From positions 1,676,001 through 1,740,000 of the forward strand of contig CM075990.1 of NCBI GenBank assembly GCA_038087875.1: a stretch of 64,000 bases of DNA. Reading direction: 5' to 3'. The position numbers and the translations under genes were made by a program. Under the pieces are notes generated by a model. It did no database searches. It was not told the origin of the DNA and saw only the letters and a list, made by a program, of their open reading frames with translations. This DNA comes from Malacoraja senta. Taxonomy: Eukaryota. Of the stretch, positions 47,410 through 60,319 are shown in pieces (the stretch's first letter is position 1; each line of letters opens with the position of its first letter).

Positions 47410-49880
47410 ATGATGCAGCCATACACGAAGGTGGCCATCAGGGTGGGGGCGACGTTGGGCACGCTTCTACCCCCGTTCTCTGCCGACGTGCATTGTCGCA
47501 CATCGCTCCTGTTGCAACCTCGACCCCCAGATGAAGTGTAAGACGGCCCACGTAATCCCTGTGGCGAAGGAGGGAGGGATGGACCACACTTGCGTCAAGT
47601 ACAGCAGCTCTAACCTCACACCTAATGACCAAATGTTTCCCCATTATAGAGAGGGAACGTTGCTTCCACAGCTCCAGTTTCTTCCCCACCTTGGCTATCC
47701 GCTCCAGCCAATTCTTGTCACGTGCCTCAGCCCCCCAGAACCAGATCCCCAGCACCTTCAAGAAGTCAGGCTTGATGGTGAAGGGGACAGAAGATCGGTC
47801 GGGCCAGTTGCCAAAGAGCAAGGCCTCGCTCTTCCTGCGGTTCACCCTGGCTCCCATGGCCAACTCAAACTGATCAATCTGCGGACCGACCCTGGATCCG
47901 AACAGAAGATGGAGACATCGTCCATGTACAGAGAGGTTTTGACCCGAGTGTCCCCACTGCCTGGCAATGTCACTCCTCTTATGCTCACATCTTTCCTGAT
48001 GGACTCTGCAAAAGGTTCAATACAACAGACGAACAAGACGGGAGAGAGGGCAACACTGCCTGACTCCACACCTGACAGGGAAGCTGTCTGATTTCCACCC
48101 ATTGATTTGGACCGCACTACAGATATTGGTGTGGAGCAGTAGGATCCAATTCCTGATTCCCTCCACAAGGCGCACTTTGGAGAGCACATCCCTCATGTAA
48201 GCGTGCAATATCCTGTTGAAGGCCTTCTCCTGGTCCAAGCTGACCAAGCAGGCATCCACCCATCTGTCCTGCACGCAGGCAATGGTATCTCTCAGCAACG
48301 CCAGGCTCTCTGAGATTTTCCTGCCAGGTACAGCACAGGTTTGGTCTGGGTGGACCACCTGTCCTAGAGCAGACTTGACCAGGTTGGCGATGGCCTTAGA
48401 CTGGATCTTGTAATCTACATTCAACAATGTGATGTGTCTCCAATTCCTTATATCATTCATCTCCCCCTTCTGCTTGTAGATTACTGTGATGCTGGCCTTC
48501 CTCAGAGTCTGACATGCTGCCGGCTAGAAGCATGTCGTTGTATATCTCCAGCAGGTCTGGGCCCACCCAATCCCTCAGAGCCGAATACAACTTGGCCGGT
48601 AAGCCTTCTCTTCCGGGAGTTTTATTCGAGTCAACGGAACGGATGGAGCCAGTCAGCTCCTCTAGGGTCAGCCGTTGGTCCAGACTCTCCTGCTTGCTGT
48701 CCTCCAAGACCTCCATGATAGAGGACTGGAAGTTTTGGGAGGCGATGCTGTCTGTGGCCTTTCTGTCGTACAAACCCGTATGAAAGGATCGGCAGATCCT
48801 CAGCATGTCCGTTAGGAGGATGTTACCGAGCCGTCCTCTTCCCTAAGGCTGTTGATCACCGAGCTCCCCTCGTGAACCTTATGGAAGAACATCTCATCCT
48901 GCTCCACGTGGCGGACCCTGGATCGGAAGATGATCTTGGAGGATTCGGAAGTAAAGTGCCGAGCTTGCCGGCCCTTCAACTCTCTAAGTTCCTGCCTCAC
49001 ATCCACCCCTCTCAACTGCAGAAGGAGCAGTTGCTGCAAATCCGCCTGGAGTTGACACAACCCCCTCTGACTCCTGTCTTGCTCTCTGAACCCCTTAGGA
49101 GATGAAGAACCTTTTGATGGTCTCCTTGGTTCCTTCCCACCTGTGTGTCGGGGAGTCGGCCATCCGCAAGTCATGGAGCCAGGCAGAAGAGGGCACGAGC
49201 CGGGTGCCTGCCCCTTTTCCGGGGTTACGTCCGTGCCCGGGTGATGTTAGAGAGGGATTACGCGCTGTCCATGGGAGTGTCGGGGAGTCAAAGAGGGGCC
49301 TCACAGTTCTCCAACATATGTAGTCCCTCATTAGCTCCTCAATGTTCACTGGGGTCAACAGCTTCACATTTAACATCCACGTCCCTCTGCCTGCCTTCGG
49401 GTCCTCCTATAGGTGACAGGAAGCCTGAAGGAGGCAGTGGTCAGAGAAGAACACCGGCGTGAGGTCGGTGTGTCTGACCGTGACCACCTTTGACTTGAAG
49501 AGGAAGTCTAATCGGGACCGGGCTGAACCGGTCAACCAGGTGAACCGTGACAGGGAGCAGCCTGAAGGGTCGCTGAAGGCATCGCGCAGCTTTGCGTCTT
49601 TGACTGTCTCCATCTGGAACTTGGACGTGCTATCCAATTTGTAGTCGGCACTGCTGGATTGTCCAGCCTCATCGATGATGCTGTGGAAGTCACCGGCCAG
49701 AACAAGCGGCCGGGATAATGGCCAGCAGCGGTGGGAGCTGCTGGAGAACGGCCAGCCGCTCGCTCCGCACGGGTGAGGCATACACATTAATCAGCCGGAG
49801 CGGAGAGCCACGGTACATTACATCCACCACCAGGAGACGCCCCCAACCTCCACCCTGACCTCAGTGATGGCGAAGTGATG
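47410..49880 (-). mobile_element. Tx1-type (L1 clade) LINE ORF2, fragmented
   Basis: LVLAGDF, SRLDF, FFSDHC; NWRHITLLNVDYKI...HPDQTCAVPGR; SLDQEKAF; LYMDDV. Confidence 0.88.
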
Positions 49881-49916
49881 GGAAGCAAGATCTCCAGACT
49901 GGAAGTGCGACAATCT

Positions 49917-52900
49917 TTTTATTGTTTTTTTTCCAAAAAAACAAAAATAAAACATAAAAAACAGAGCAAAAAGAATAATGATAAACATAACAATGGTATT
50001 GATACATAGGGATCAGGATTACATTAATAACAGGTATAACCTAATATGAGACCAGTGTCAAAATACACAATGAATATAGACCTCCCGGTCTCTATGTGAA
50101 TATAGTTAAATCTTTAAAAGAAAACTTATAAATGTAAAAAAAAAGCAAAGATAAAAATACAAAAAGAAAAAGAAAAAAAAGGAAAAAACAAAACCCCCCT
50201 AAACTAAAGGGAAAAAAAAGAAAAATTGATAATAAAATAAGAATAAAAATAAAATAATTATTTTAAAAAACAGAGCAAAACCGAATCTGAACTGAGAAAT
50301 TCAACAATTTAAGTCTGTTTGTCGTCAAGTCCGTTCCACCCTATGAAGGTAAAATAATTTTTATAACGGTTAAAGAGGGAACAATTTATGTTGTATGAAA
50401 GTGTTCAATAAATTTTCCCCAAGTCTTATCAAATTTAACCAAGGGTTCAACAATGTCACTTCTGATTTTTTCTAAATTTAAACATGATATTGTTTCAGAA
50501 TACCACTGGAGTGTGGTCGGAGGGTTGGAATCTTTCCATTTAAATAAAATAAATCTTCTGGCAATTAATGTGGTAAAAGCAATCAACCGATGGGCGGAGC
50601 GGGACAAATGAATAGAATCTAACCTTGGTAACCCAAAAATTGCAGTAATAGGATGAGGTTGTAAATCTATACCTAAGACTACAGAAATAGTATCAAAAAT
50701 TTATTTCCAATATTTTTCCAAAAGAGGGCAGGACCAAAACATATGGGTCAGTGATGCCACTTCAGAGTTACATCTGTCACAGGTAGGATTTATATGACCA
50801 TAAAAACGAGCTAACATCTTTTCACATATGAACTCTGTGAACCACCTTGAATTGTATCAGAGCGTGTCTTGCACACATTGAAGAGGTATTAACTAATTGA
50901 AGAATCCTCTCCCATTTCTCTATAGATAAAGAAATTTGGAGTTCTCTTTCCCAGTCATTCTTAATTTTATCAAATGTATCTATTTGTAATTTCAAAATCA
51001 ACTCATAAATAGTCGTTATTAATCCTTTCTGATAAGGGTCCAACTGTAAATTTTCCCCCCAAATTTCGGGTTGATGTGGTAGCGGAAAAAGGGGTAGAGT
51101 AGCCTTCAAAAAATGTCTAATTTGTAAATATCTAAAAAAGTGTGAATTAGGTAAGTTATATTTATTGGAGAGATGTTCGAAAGACATAAAACAACCCTCC
51201 AAAAACAAATCACGAAAAGCTGCTAATCTCTTCCTCTTCCATAACAAAAAAACTTGATCAGTACTAGATGATTGGAAGAGAAAATTGGATAAAATAGGAC
51301 TCGATAAGATAAAATCATTTAGTCCAAAAAACTTACGAAATTGAAACCATATTTGGAACTTATGTCTTATTATTGGGTTCGTCGTATATTTATTCAATCT
51401 CGTAATTGTAAAAGGTAACGAGGCCCCTAGAATAGAAGTCAATGATAGCCCTTGTAAGGAATCACGTTCTAGGTTTATCCATCCAGGGCATTGGGTATCT
51501 TCTAAATCTTTTGTCCAAAATGTTAAATAACGAACATTGACTGCCCAATAGTAGTCTAAGGTTCGGCAATGCCAAACCACCAAACTTTTGATTTCTGTAG
51601 GTATTTTTTACCTAGTCTGGGATTTTTATTCTGCCATATATATGAAGAAAGTTTGGAGTCTATAATATCAAAGAAAGGTTTGGCATTAAAAATTGGTATC
51701 GTCTGAAATAAATACAGAAATTTAGGTAAAATGAACATTTTGATAGCATTGATTCGGCCAATTAAGGATAAGGACATTGGTGACCATTTAGTAAACTGAT
51801 GTTTAATATGGTCAATTAAAGGCGTAAAATTAGCTTTAAATAAATCCTTGTGTTTCTTGGTGATCTTAATACCTAAATAAGTAAAACTTTCGGTAGTCAA
51901 TCTAAATGGAAACTGTCCATAACTCGAAACAAAATTATTCAATGGGAAAAGCTCACTCTTACTAAGATTTAGTTTATAACCAGAAAAATTACTAAATTGA
52001 TTAAGTAATGCTACTATTGCCGGAATAGATTTCTCTGGGTTAGAAATAAATAATAACAGATCATCTGCATAAAGAGATAGCTTATGTGTCTTATTCCCGC
52101 GGACAATACCAAAAATATTAGGGGCTAAAGGTTCCAAAGCAATATCAAATAGTAAAGGACTTAAGGGACAGCCCTGTCTAGTACCTCGAAAGAGCCTGAA
52201 AAAAGGGGATCTCTGATTATTAGTAAATACAGAAGCCTGAGGTATAAGATATATCAGTTTGATCCAAGAGATAAATTTTGGACCAATCTTAAATTTTTCA
52301 AGTGTATTGAATAAGTATTCCCATTCTACGCTATCAAACGCCTTCTCGGCATCAAGTGAGATGACACATTCTGGGGTTTTATTAGACGCTGTATATACAA
52401 TATTCATTAATCTCCTAACGTTAAGGTATGAGTAACGATTTTTAATAAAACCTGTCTGATCTTCAGAGATAATTTACGGTAAAATCTTTTCCAATCTCAG
52501 CTAATATTTTGGAAAGAATTTTATGATGTCACTTCAGTAGGGTCTTTATCTTTTTTAAGAATGAAAGAAATAGAAGCTTCATAAAATGATTGTGGTAATC
52601 TATTCCTTAAAAAGGCTTCTGTAAATACCTTGCATAGCCATGGAGACAATAAATTTGAGAAATACTTTAAAAATTCTACTGTAAACCCTTCTAAACCGGG
52701 AACTTTACCAGAATTTATTGAAAAAATTGCTTTCTGTATTTCTTCTTCCGTGATGGGTTCATCTAACAACAGAGACTCATTATATGGTAAATTTGGTAAG
52801 TTCAGTTTCTTTAAAAACTCATGCATTATTTTGGAATCAGTAGGAAAATCTGATTGGTATAGGGAGGTATAAAATTCCTGAAAGGATTTATTAATTTCAT

Positions 52901-54323
52901 CATGGTCTACAGTTACTGTACCATCCCGTTTACTCACTTTAGTAATCTGACGCTTGGCCGACACTGCTTTCAATTGATTAGCAAGTAATTTACCAGATTT
53001 TTCGCCATGTATATAAAATTGACTTTTGGTTTTAAGTAACTGGTTCTCAATCGGTGATTCTTTTTTTATTTTAATTTTTTTATTTTTTTATTTATTAGAA
53101 GTATTTTACATTACAGTAATCTGCAATAACATAAATTTATACAGTTTTTGTACCACTTCTATTTTTCAACTTTAATAGAAAAAAGGATAGAAAGAGCTAG
53201 CAAGGACAGTCAGTGAGTGAATGAAAAAGTGGCCCAGGAACACACATGTGAACCACAAGAAGTAGTTAAAGAAGAAAAGAAAAAAAGAGAAAAAAGAAAA
53301 TAAGATAGGACAATATGAAAGGGATGTACCTACTTCTTATCTTGAGTATTAGAAAGGCGCTATATAAATCCCATCCATTATTATTATTATTATCTTTACT
53401 CACCCCTCGCCAGGTCCTAAAACCATTTATTATCAACATTTTGTTGCACCTTATATTTGTAATAAGTCGACATATGGAGACCAAATCTCAATCGGTGATT
53501 CTAATAACAAATCATATCTCAATTGAAGTTCAACTCTAAGCTTATAGAGCTCTAAACTAGGAGCTTTTGATTATTTTTTATCAATTTCTTTAATCTCGTC
53601 AGCCAATGTGCGTATTTCTTTTTATGTTTGTCTTTTTAATCCCGCGGAGTATGAAATAATTTGTCCACGAATATATGCCTTAAAAGCATCCCAAACTATA
53701 CCATTGGATATCTCTTCATTAGAGTTTGTCAAGAAGTAAAAAGCAATCTGATCTTTCATAAACTTAATAAAGTTTGTCTTGAAGCTTAGTAGCATTAAAT
53801 CGCCATTGTTTAGCACTAAACTTGGAATCAGGTAGTTTGATCAATAGTTTCAATGGTGCATGATCAGAAATAGCAATTGCATCACACTCACATGTAATGA
53901 CCGATGGAACTAGCCGAGAATCTAGTATAAAATAGTCGATCCTAGAATAACTATGATATACATGAGAGAAAAATGAAAATTCTTTGTCATTTGGGTGTAA
54001 GAATCTCCAAATTTCTAACATTCCCGAGTCAAGTAAAAAAGAATTAATAAAATTAGCTGATTTATTTGGAAGCACATGATCAGATGCAGACCTATCAATC
54101 GAGGGATTCAAACAGCAATTGAAGTCTCCACCCATTATTAAAAAGTGGTCATTTAAATTAGGAAAGGATGCAATTAACTGTTTAAAAAACTCAGGGTGAT
54201 CAATATTTGGGGCATAGACATTCACCATAGCGACTTTTTGCCTATAAAGGACACCGGTAATCACCAAGAATCTGCCATATGGATCAGAAATTGTTTCATG
54301 GTGAACAAACGGAATTGAGGAGT
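49917..54323 (-). mobile_element. L1 LINE, 5'-truncated ORF2 plus 3'UTR, same family as 0.7-11.9 kb
   Basis: EN 53764..54320; RT 51556..52407 (SLDAEKAFD, LYADD); C-terminal cysteine-rich region at about 50740-50800; T-rich 3'UTR. Confidence 0.93.
53062..53485 (-). mobile_element. 3' fragment of another poly(A) retroposon inserted in L1 with a 17-bp TSD; itself contains a + strand (ATT)n-tailed fragment at about 53325-53392
   Basis: tctcaatcggtgattct at 53045-53061 and 53486-53502; poly-T run at the left end. Confidence 0.8.
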
Positions 54324-54807
54324 GCTGAGCTAACGACCACGCTGCTTCCACTGCCCAGCGTGAACGTTGCTCTGTGCTACGTCCATCCTCTGTGGCCCAT
54401 ATTCCTTCATCAAGCCACCTCTTGGTACCTTTTTTTTAAAAAGTAATCAAGATGTCAGTCTCTGAGCCCAGGATTATCATTGGTTCCAGCTCTTCTGCTG
54501 TATAGAATGCAATGCTTCACAGGCGCAGAGCTTTGTATGGATTAGACGTTTAGCACAATGGCAGTTACTCCTGCTAGGAACAAGTGTAGGAACAAGGGAC
54601 TGCAGATGCCGTAGTCCCCTGCAGTCCTTCTTATTGAGACTCACATGTATGTCCTCTAATCTCATCTATTGCATCCAACAACATCTCCAGCTACACAAGA
54701 GGAGACTCGAAACTATTGTGAAGTCCCATCACTAAGCAGATATTTTCTACCCCATTCACTGTGTCCATCTGTGTACTGTTCAATAAATGCATTTTGTTTT
54801 TATGTAG

Positions 54808-54979
54808 AAAATCACAGAACTTGCTGAGAAGGGAAACCAGACACACAGTTCTGCTCCCTTCCTTAGTCTGGTGATGGAGAAAGACTCCCAGTCTCGGATG
54901 GTGATGTGGGAATCCTTTGTGAAAATGCGGAATGAATTGGCAAAATTGGACAAAATGTTGAAAGAAATCATGGAGCTTG
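54808..54979 (+). CDS. NLR-like gene exon, second half of N-terminal helical domain
   Basis: ttttatgtag|, KITELAEKGNQTHSSAPFLSLVMEKDSQSRMVMWESFVKMRNELAKLDKMLKEIMEL, |gtatgg; phase 0-1. Confidence 0.82.
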
Positions 54980-55078
54980 GTATGGTAAAACAACATGAAC
55001 ACAAATCACATTGAAACATTGTAGATTTTACCATGTGGGTCAGAGCTGGTTTCACTAAGGCATTTTGATTTTAATTAG

Positions 55079-55144
55079 ATCCTGATCCACATGAATTCAT
55101 GGACATCGCCCCAGGTTTATGTGATGTATCCTCTCAATTGAAAG
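55079..55144 (+). CDS. NLR-like gene linker exon
   Basis: ttttaattag|, DPDPHEFMDIAPGLCDVSSQLK, |gtgaga; 66 nt, phase 1-1. Confidence 0.78.
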
Positions 55145-57504
55145 GTGAGAGATGAAATACACAATCCAAACCATTTAATTGACAGAATTGATTTTGAACC
55201 ATGGCTGTTCAAAGGTTGGCAGAATATAATGTGTGCCTGGGACCTGCAATTCGGGACCTGCAATTTGTACTAATGCAGCAATCATCATTTTATTCACTCC
55301 ACATTACCATCACTCAGCATTCACCACACCCATGCCGCTTCCGACCTGTGTCATTTCCTCTTACATTTCTGCTATTCATCCACAAAATGGGGCAATTTGC
55401 AATATCTACATAGCCAATCTACTTGCACATCCTGATATACTCTATACCCCTGTACACTTCTCTCTGCGTTACATTAAACTGTGACACCCCATATACGTAC
55501 ATCAGTGTCCTGACACACTGGATCCCAACATGCATCAGACAGAGTTCTGACACATTGTGAAAACCCACACATTCCCGGCAGGGTCCTGACACCCCAGACA
55601 CTCCTGGCTGGGTCCTGATACACTGGATGTCTCTTTCCCCTTAATATAGTTTTCAAACGATTTGACATTTTCCTTTAATATAATCCACCTGTGACACATC
55701 ATGCCTCACACTGTCCTTATAATTCCTTTTAAGTACCCCTGTCTCACATTTTCTATACCCCTGAAGGCCCCTCTATTCTCTTTATTTGCTCTATAGATAG
55801 AGATTGAGATGTTTACACAGAAATCATCATGGAAACAGGACCTTTCCATTTACCTGTGTTTGGCCTTTGTCCCTTTTAACCTTTCCTATCCATTTACATC
55901 AAAATGTATTTCACACACTATAATTGTACCTACCTGTACCACTAGCTTTGCAATTATTCCAATATTCTAGGTATCATCTCACTAACTCATTGTACAATTG
56001 TAACGTGATTTCCTAACTCCACGACTCAATGCCCACACGGATAAAGGCAAACATGGCATACACCTTCTTCAATATCCTGCCGACCCATGTTGCCGCTTTC
56101 AGGGAACAATGTACTTTCACCGTTATGTCTCCATTTAACATCACTCTCCAGGCTCTTCCCATTCACTGTGTATGTTTTTGTTTGGTTTAACTTCTCAACC
56201 ATCATTACGTCACACTTGTCTGAGATAAATTTAATTGGTCATTCCTTTGCCCAATTTCCCAGTTGTCATTGTACTTTTGTAACCTTTGACAAACTTCTTC
56301 AGTGTCCACAACAATGAACAACTTTAGTGTCATCTACAAACTTACTTGCTACGCTGCCTTCATACCCATCCACATATAGCTCCCTGCAAGTGCCAACCCA
56401 ACTCTACAGGTGATAAACAAGGCTTACCTTCATCGGTGGGAGAGAGATTTAGTGTAAAGGTCGGGAGGTCATGTTGCGCCACCAAGGAAGTTTAATTAGG
56501 CCACTTTTGGCAGTTAATGATTAGAATGTGTAGTTGCAAAAGTGGACTGGGGAAATAAGCTAACATTGTATACAACTCTGGTTGCCCCATTACAGGAAGG
56601 GTGAAGGCTTTAGTGAGGGTGCAGAAGCGGCTTACCAGGATGTTGCCTGGATTGGAGAATATTAACCAGAAGGAATGGTTGAAAAACTTGGATTGATTTA
56701 TCTGGAGATGTTGGAGGCTGAGGCGCAGCTGATTTTTAGTTTAGTTTCGAGAGACAGTACGGAACAAGGTCCTTCAGTCCACTGAGTCTGCGCCGACCAG
56801 TAAATCACTCTGTACACTAGCACTATTCTATACATTAGGGACAATTTACAGAAGCCAATTAACCTACAAACCTACACGTCTGGAATGTGTGAGGGAACAC
56901 CCATAGAAAGCCCACGCAGTCACAGAGAGAACGTACAAATTCTGTACAGATGGAACCCGGGTGTGTGACACAGTAAGGCAGCATCTCTATCACTACACAG
57001 TGTGCGCCCGTGTGCCACTGTGCCGCCGTGATAAGCAGAGGCATAGAAAGGATAAATAGTATTTTTCCCAGGCTAGAAATGTCAAATACGAGAAGAGGTT
57101 TAAGCTGGTGGGGGGTATGTTTTTTAAAGCAGGTGCCTGAGATATGTTTTTCATAGAGAATGGTGCGTACCTGGTATGCTACTCCAGGCCGATAAGATTA
57201 GATACAATAGCAACATTTAAGAGCATTTAGACAAACATGAACAGGCAGGGAAGAAAGGAATATGAACTATGTGCTGGCAAATAGGATGAATTAGGTTGAC
57301 ATCATAGTTTGCGCAGATATGGTGGGACAGACCCTTGCTGTACTGTTCTATGTTTTTTGTTCCAATTATGTATGACAAAGAATGGATGCAACACCAATCC
57401 CTGCGGCACGCCACTGGTCACAGGCCTCCAATCATTCCACTCGCACCATCTGACTCCCACTACCATCCTCTGACACCAAGCCAATTTTGTATCCAGATGG
57501 CCAG

Positions 57505-57849
57505 TGTGAAAGAAAACTTTAAAACACACAGTGATCGGGAAAGGCAATCAAGACTTTATTTGGGAGCGTCAAATACAGTGATCACTAGGAGCAATCTAGG
57601 AGATTGCTCACCGAACAAAGATTTATTTCTTCCTTATATATAGAATCTCCCTCTGATGTGTTGTTTCCTGTTGCAGACACAAGCATTTTTTTCTTCTTTA
57701 GAATGGTGTTGTAACAATTATAAATCATGCACCATGAAAAGACACAGATCAACAAACGCATCTCAATCCCACCCTATAGGAGATAAACAGATGTTCTGTT
57801 ACCCATTCAACCTCATTTTATTACTTTACAATTCCATTTGTCTTTCACA
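57505..57849 (-). mobile_element. 3' LTR of an endogenous retrovirus
   Basis: TGTGAAAGA...TCTTTCACA termini; minus-strand PPT aaaaggggggaat at 57850-57862; TATA-like motif at about 57635-57641 and AATAAA at 57556-57561 on the minus strand. Confidence 0.8.
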
Positions 57850-58001
57850 ATTCCCCCCTTTTGTATTTTTTACAACAAAGTACAAATGATACTACCAATT
57901 TGTTAATTGCCCCCAATTTTTGTGAGGCCTATGTAAATCCTTTACAGTTATTTCATGCTGTCCAATACACGTGCGATCACAAAGCATTACTTGCAGGCTA
58001 A

Positions 58002-58540
58002 CTAAGACCCTTCAAAATATGTATCCCAAAACCCTCTTGTGTGCTCGAGGACCCTTGCCTTGAGGGGAAAAGGGACACTTTGTACCACACAAGAACATTT
58101 AAGAAGCGCAAAAGCAACATATAATACTAGGATGATAACAAAAAAATTATCCCTTGCACCAAAGAGGTTCCTATCAACCCCAGCCATCCCATTGCCCATC
58201 CTCATAGAGACCATGTACCTCTCCTGTTACTGACATGTTTCCCACTCTGCACTAAAGGAATGCAATTGCAAAGAACCTTTCCGTCTCAGTGACAGCCCTT
58301 TTGATCCGTGTTGACCGAGCATACATTTGGGATAAGGAGGTGGAGTGGTGAATGAAAGGCCAAATAACAAAAACCTGACCAATCCTGGGGCAACCAGGCA
58401 CAAACAAAGTAGGCACCATTGTCGGCAGTAAAGCATTCCAGTGCGAGGGGAAACAAGGTGACCTGAAAAGAGTCTCCAGTTGAAAGTTTACAGGCGATAA
58501 TGTGACTGAATCCTGTATGTGTACTTTCTTAGTGACCAAG
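58002..58540 (-). pseudogene. env: Retroviral env remnant (SU end, furin site, fusion peptide, TM anchor)
   Basis: Across frames: NGAYFVCAWLPQDWSGFCYLAF; RSTRIKR|AVTETERFFAIAF; FFVIILVLYVAFALLKC; lies just upstream of the PPT and LTR. Confidence 0.75.
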
Positions 58541-58579
58541 AGAGACAGAGAATGCTGGGAACTAACTGAGCTTTAAAAT

Positions 58580-59335
58580 GCTGGGAACTATAGGCTGGTG
58601 AGCTTTAAAATGATGGGAACTATAGGCCGGTGAGCTTAACGTCTGTGGTTGCAAAGTTACTGGAAAATATTCTGAGGGATAGGTTGGGCAAGGGCTGATT
58701 AGGGATAGTCACAATGGTTTTGTACGTGGCAAGTCGTCGTCACAAATCTGATTGCTTTTTTTGAAGACGTGACCAAAAAGGTCGACGAGGGCAGAGCTGT
58801 AGATATTGTGTACATGGATTTCAGTAAGGCATTTGACAAGGTTCCGCATGGTAGGTTCCATGGAAGGAAGCAGAGGGTGATGGTGGAAGGTTGTTTCTCG
58901 GACTGGAGGCCTTTGACTAGTGGTGTGCCTCAGGGTTCGGTGCTGGGCCCGTCACTGTTTGTCACCTACATCAATGATTTGGATGAGAACATACAGGGCA
59001 AGATTAGCAAGTTTGCTGATGATACAAAAGTGAGTGGTTTTGCAGATAGTGAAGATGGTTGTGAAAGATTGCAGCAGGATCTGGATCGATTGGCCAGGTG
59101 GGCGGAGGAATGGCTGATGGAATTTAAAACAAAGAAGTGTGAGGTGTTGCATTTTGGGACGTCGATCTAGGGCAGGACCTACACAGTAAATGGTAGGCCT
59201 CTGGATAGTGTTGCAGAACACAGGGATCGTGGAGTACAGGTGTATGGTTCCTTGAAGGTCGAGTTGCAGGTAGATAAGGTGCTCAAAAAGGCTTTTGGCC
59301 CTTTGGCCTTCACCAGTCAGAGTATTGAGTAGAGA
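58580..59335 (+). mobile_element. CR1 RT fragment
   Basis: YMDFSKAFDKVPH, GVPQGSVLGP, KFADDTK. Confidence 0.9.
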
Positions 59336-60319
59336 AGGCCCACTTATGCACATTTTTTCCTGCTACTATAACACTATTTGATTTCACCCACTGGGGCTGA
59401 AGACTGGCCCTATCTGGCAGGATTATAACCATAGGTAGACACAAACTGCTGGAGTAACTCAGCGGGACAGACAGAATGGAGAGAAAGAATGGGTGACGTT
59501 TCGGGTCGAGGCCCTACTTCAGACTGATCAATATCTACTTTCAATTTAAAACAGCATCTGCAGTTCTTTCCTACACCGGGTTATAACCATTACCTGATCT
59601 CCATCTTTTGGCATTTTAACTTCAATACTTACTTTCTCCATTTCTCATTGATCCTCTACTGACCAATTACCTCATTTTTGAGTTTGTACAATTTCTTTCC
59701 CGGATGCATCTAAAATCAATTTATCTTCTATAACAAACCACTTCTCCTCTGGTTATCACATCTTCTGATAGGTTCATAGCTTGTCCTGTTATCAGTTAAA
59801 AAGGTGTTAACCCTGTCGCTCTAGTTGGGGTTGCCTCTGAAACCCATCCCCGTCTGTTCTCGGTCAAGGCTTTATTTAGACTCTTTTTTTGTGTCCTGTT
59901 CATTCACTCCACTAATCCAGAACTCTGCAGGTGGAGGGGAATGCAAAATCGTTGTTTCATTCCTTACAAGGCACAAGCCTCCTTCATCATAAGGTCATAA
60001 GGAATAGGAATAGAATTAGGCCATTTGGTCCATCAAGTCCACTCCGCCATTCAATCCTGGTTGATCTATCTCTCCCTCCTAACCCCATTCTCTTGCCTTC
60101 TCCCCATAACCTCTGACACATGTACTAATCAAAAATCTATCTCTGCCTTACAAATATCCACTGACTTGGCTGCTACAGCCTTCTGTGGCAAAGGATTCCA
60201 CAGATTCACCACCCTCAATCGCTCTGTTCAGTCTGAAGAAGGGTCTTCAAACTGAACAGTCACCTATTCTTTTTCTCCAGAGATGCTGGCTGACCTGCTG
60301 AGTTACTCCAGCACTTTGT

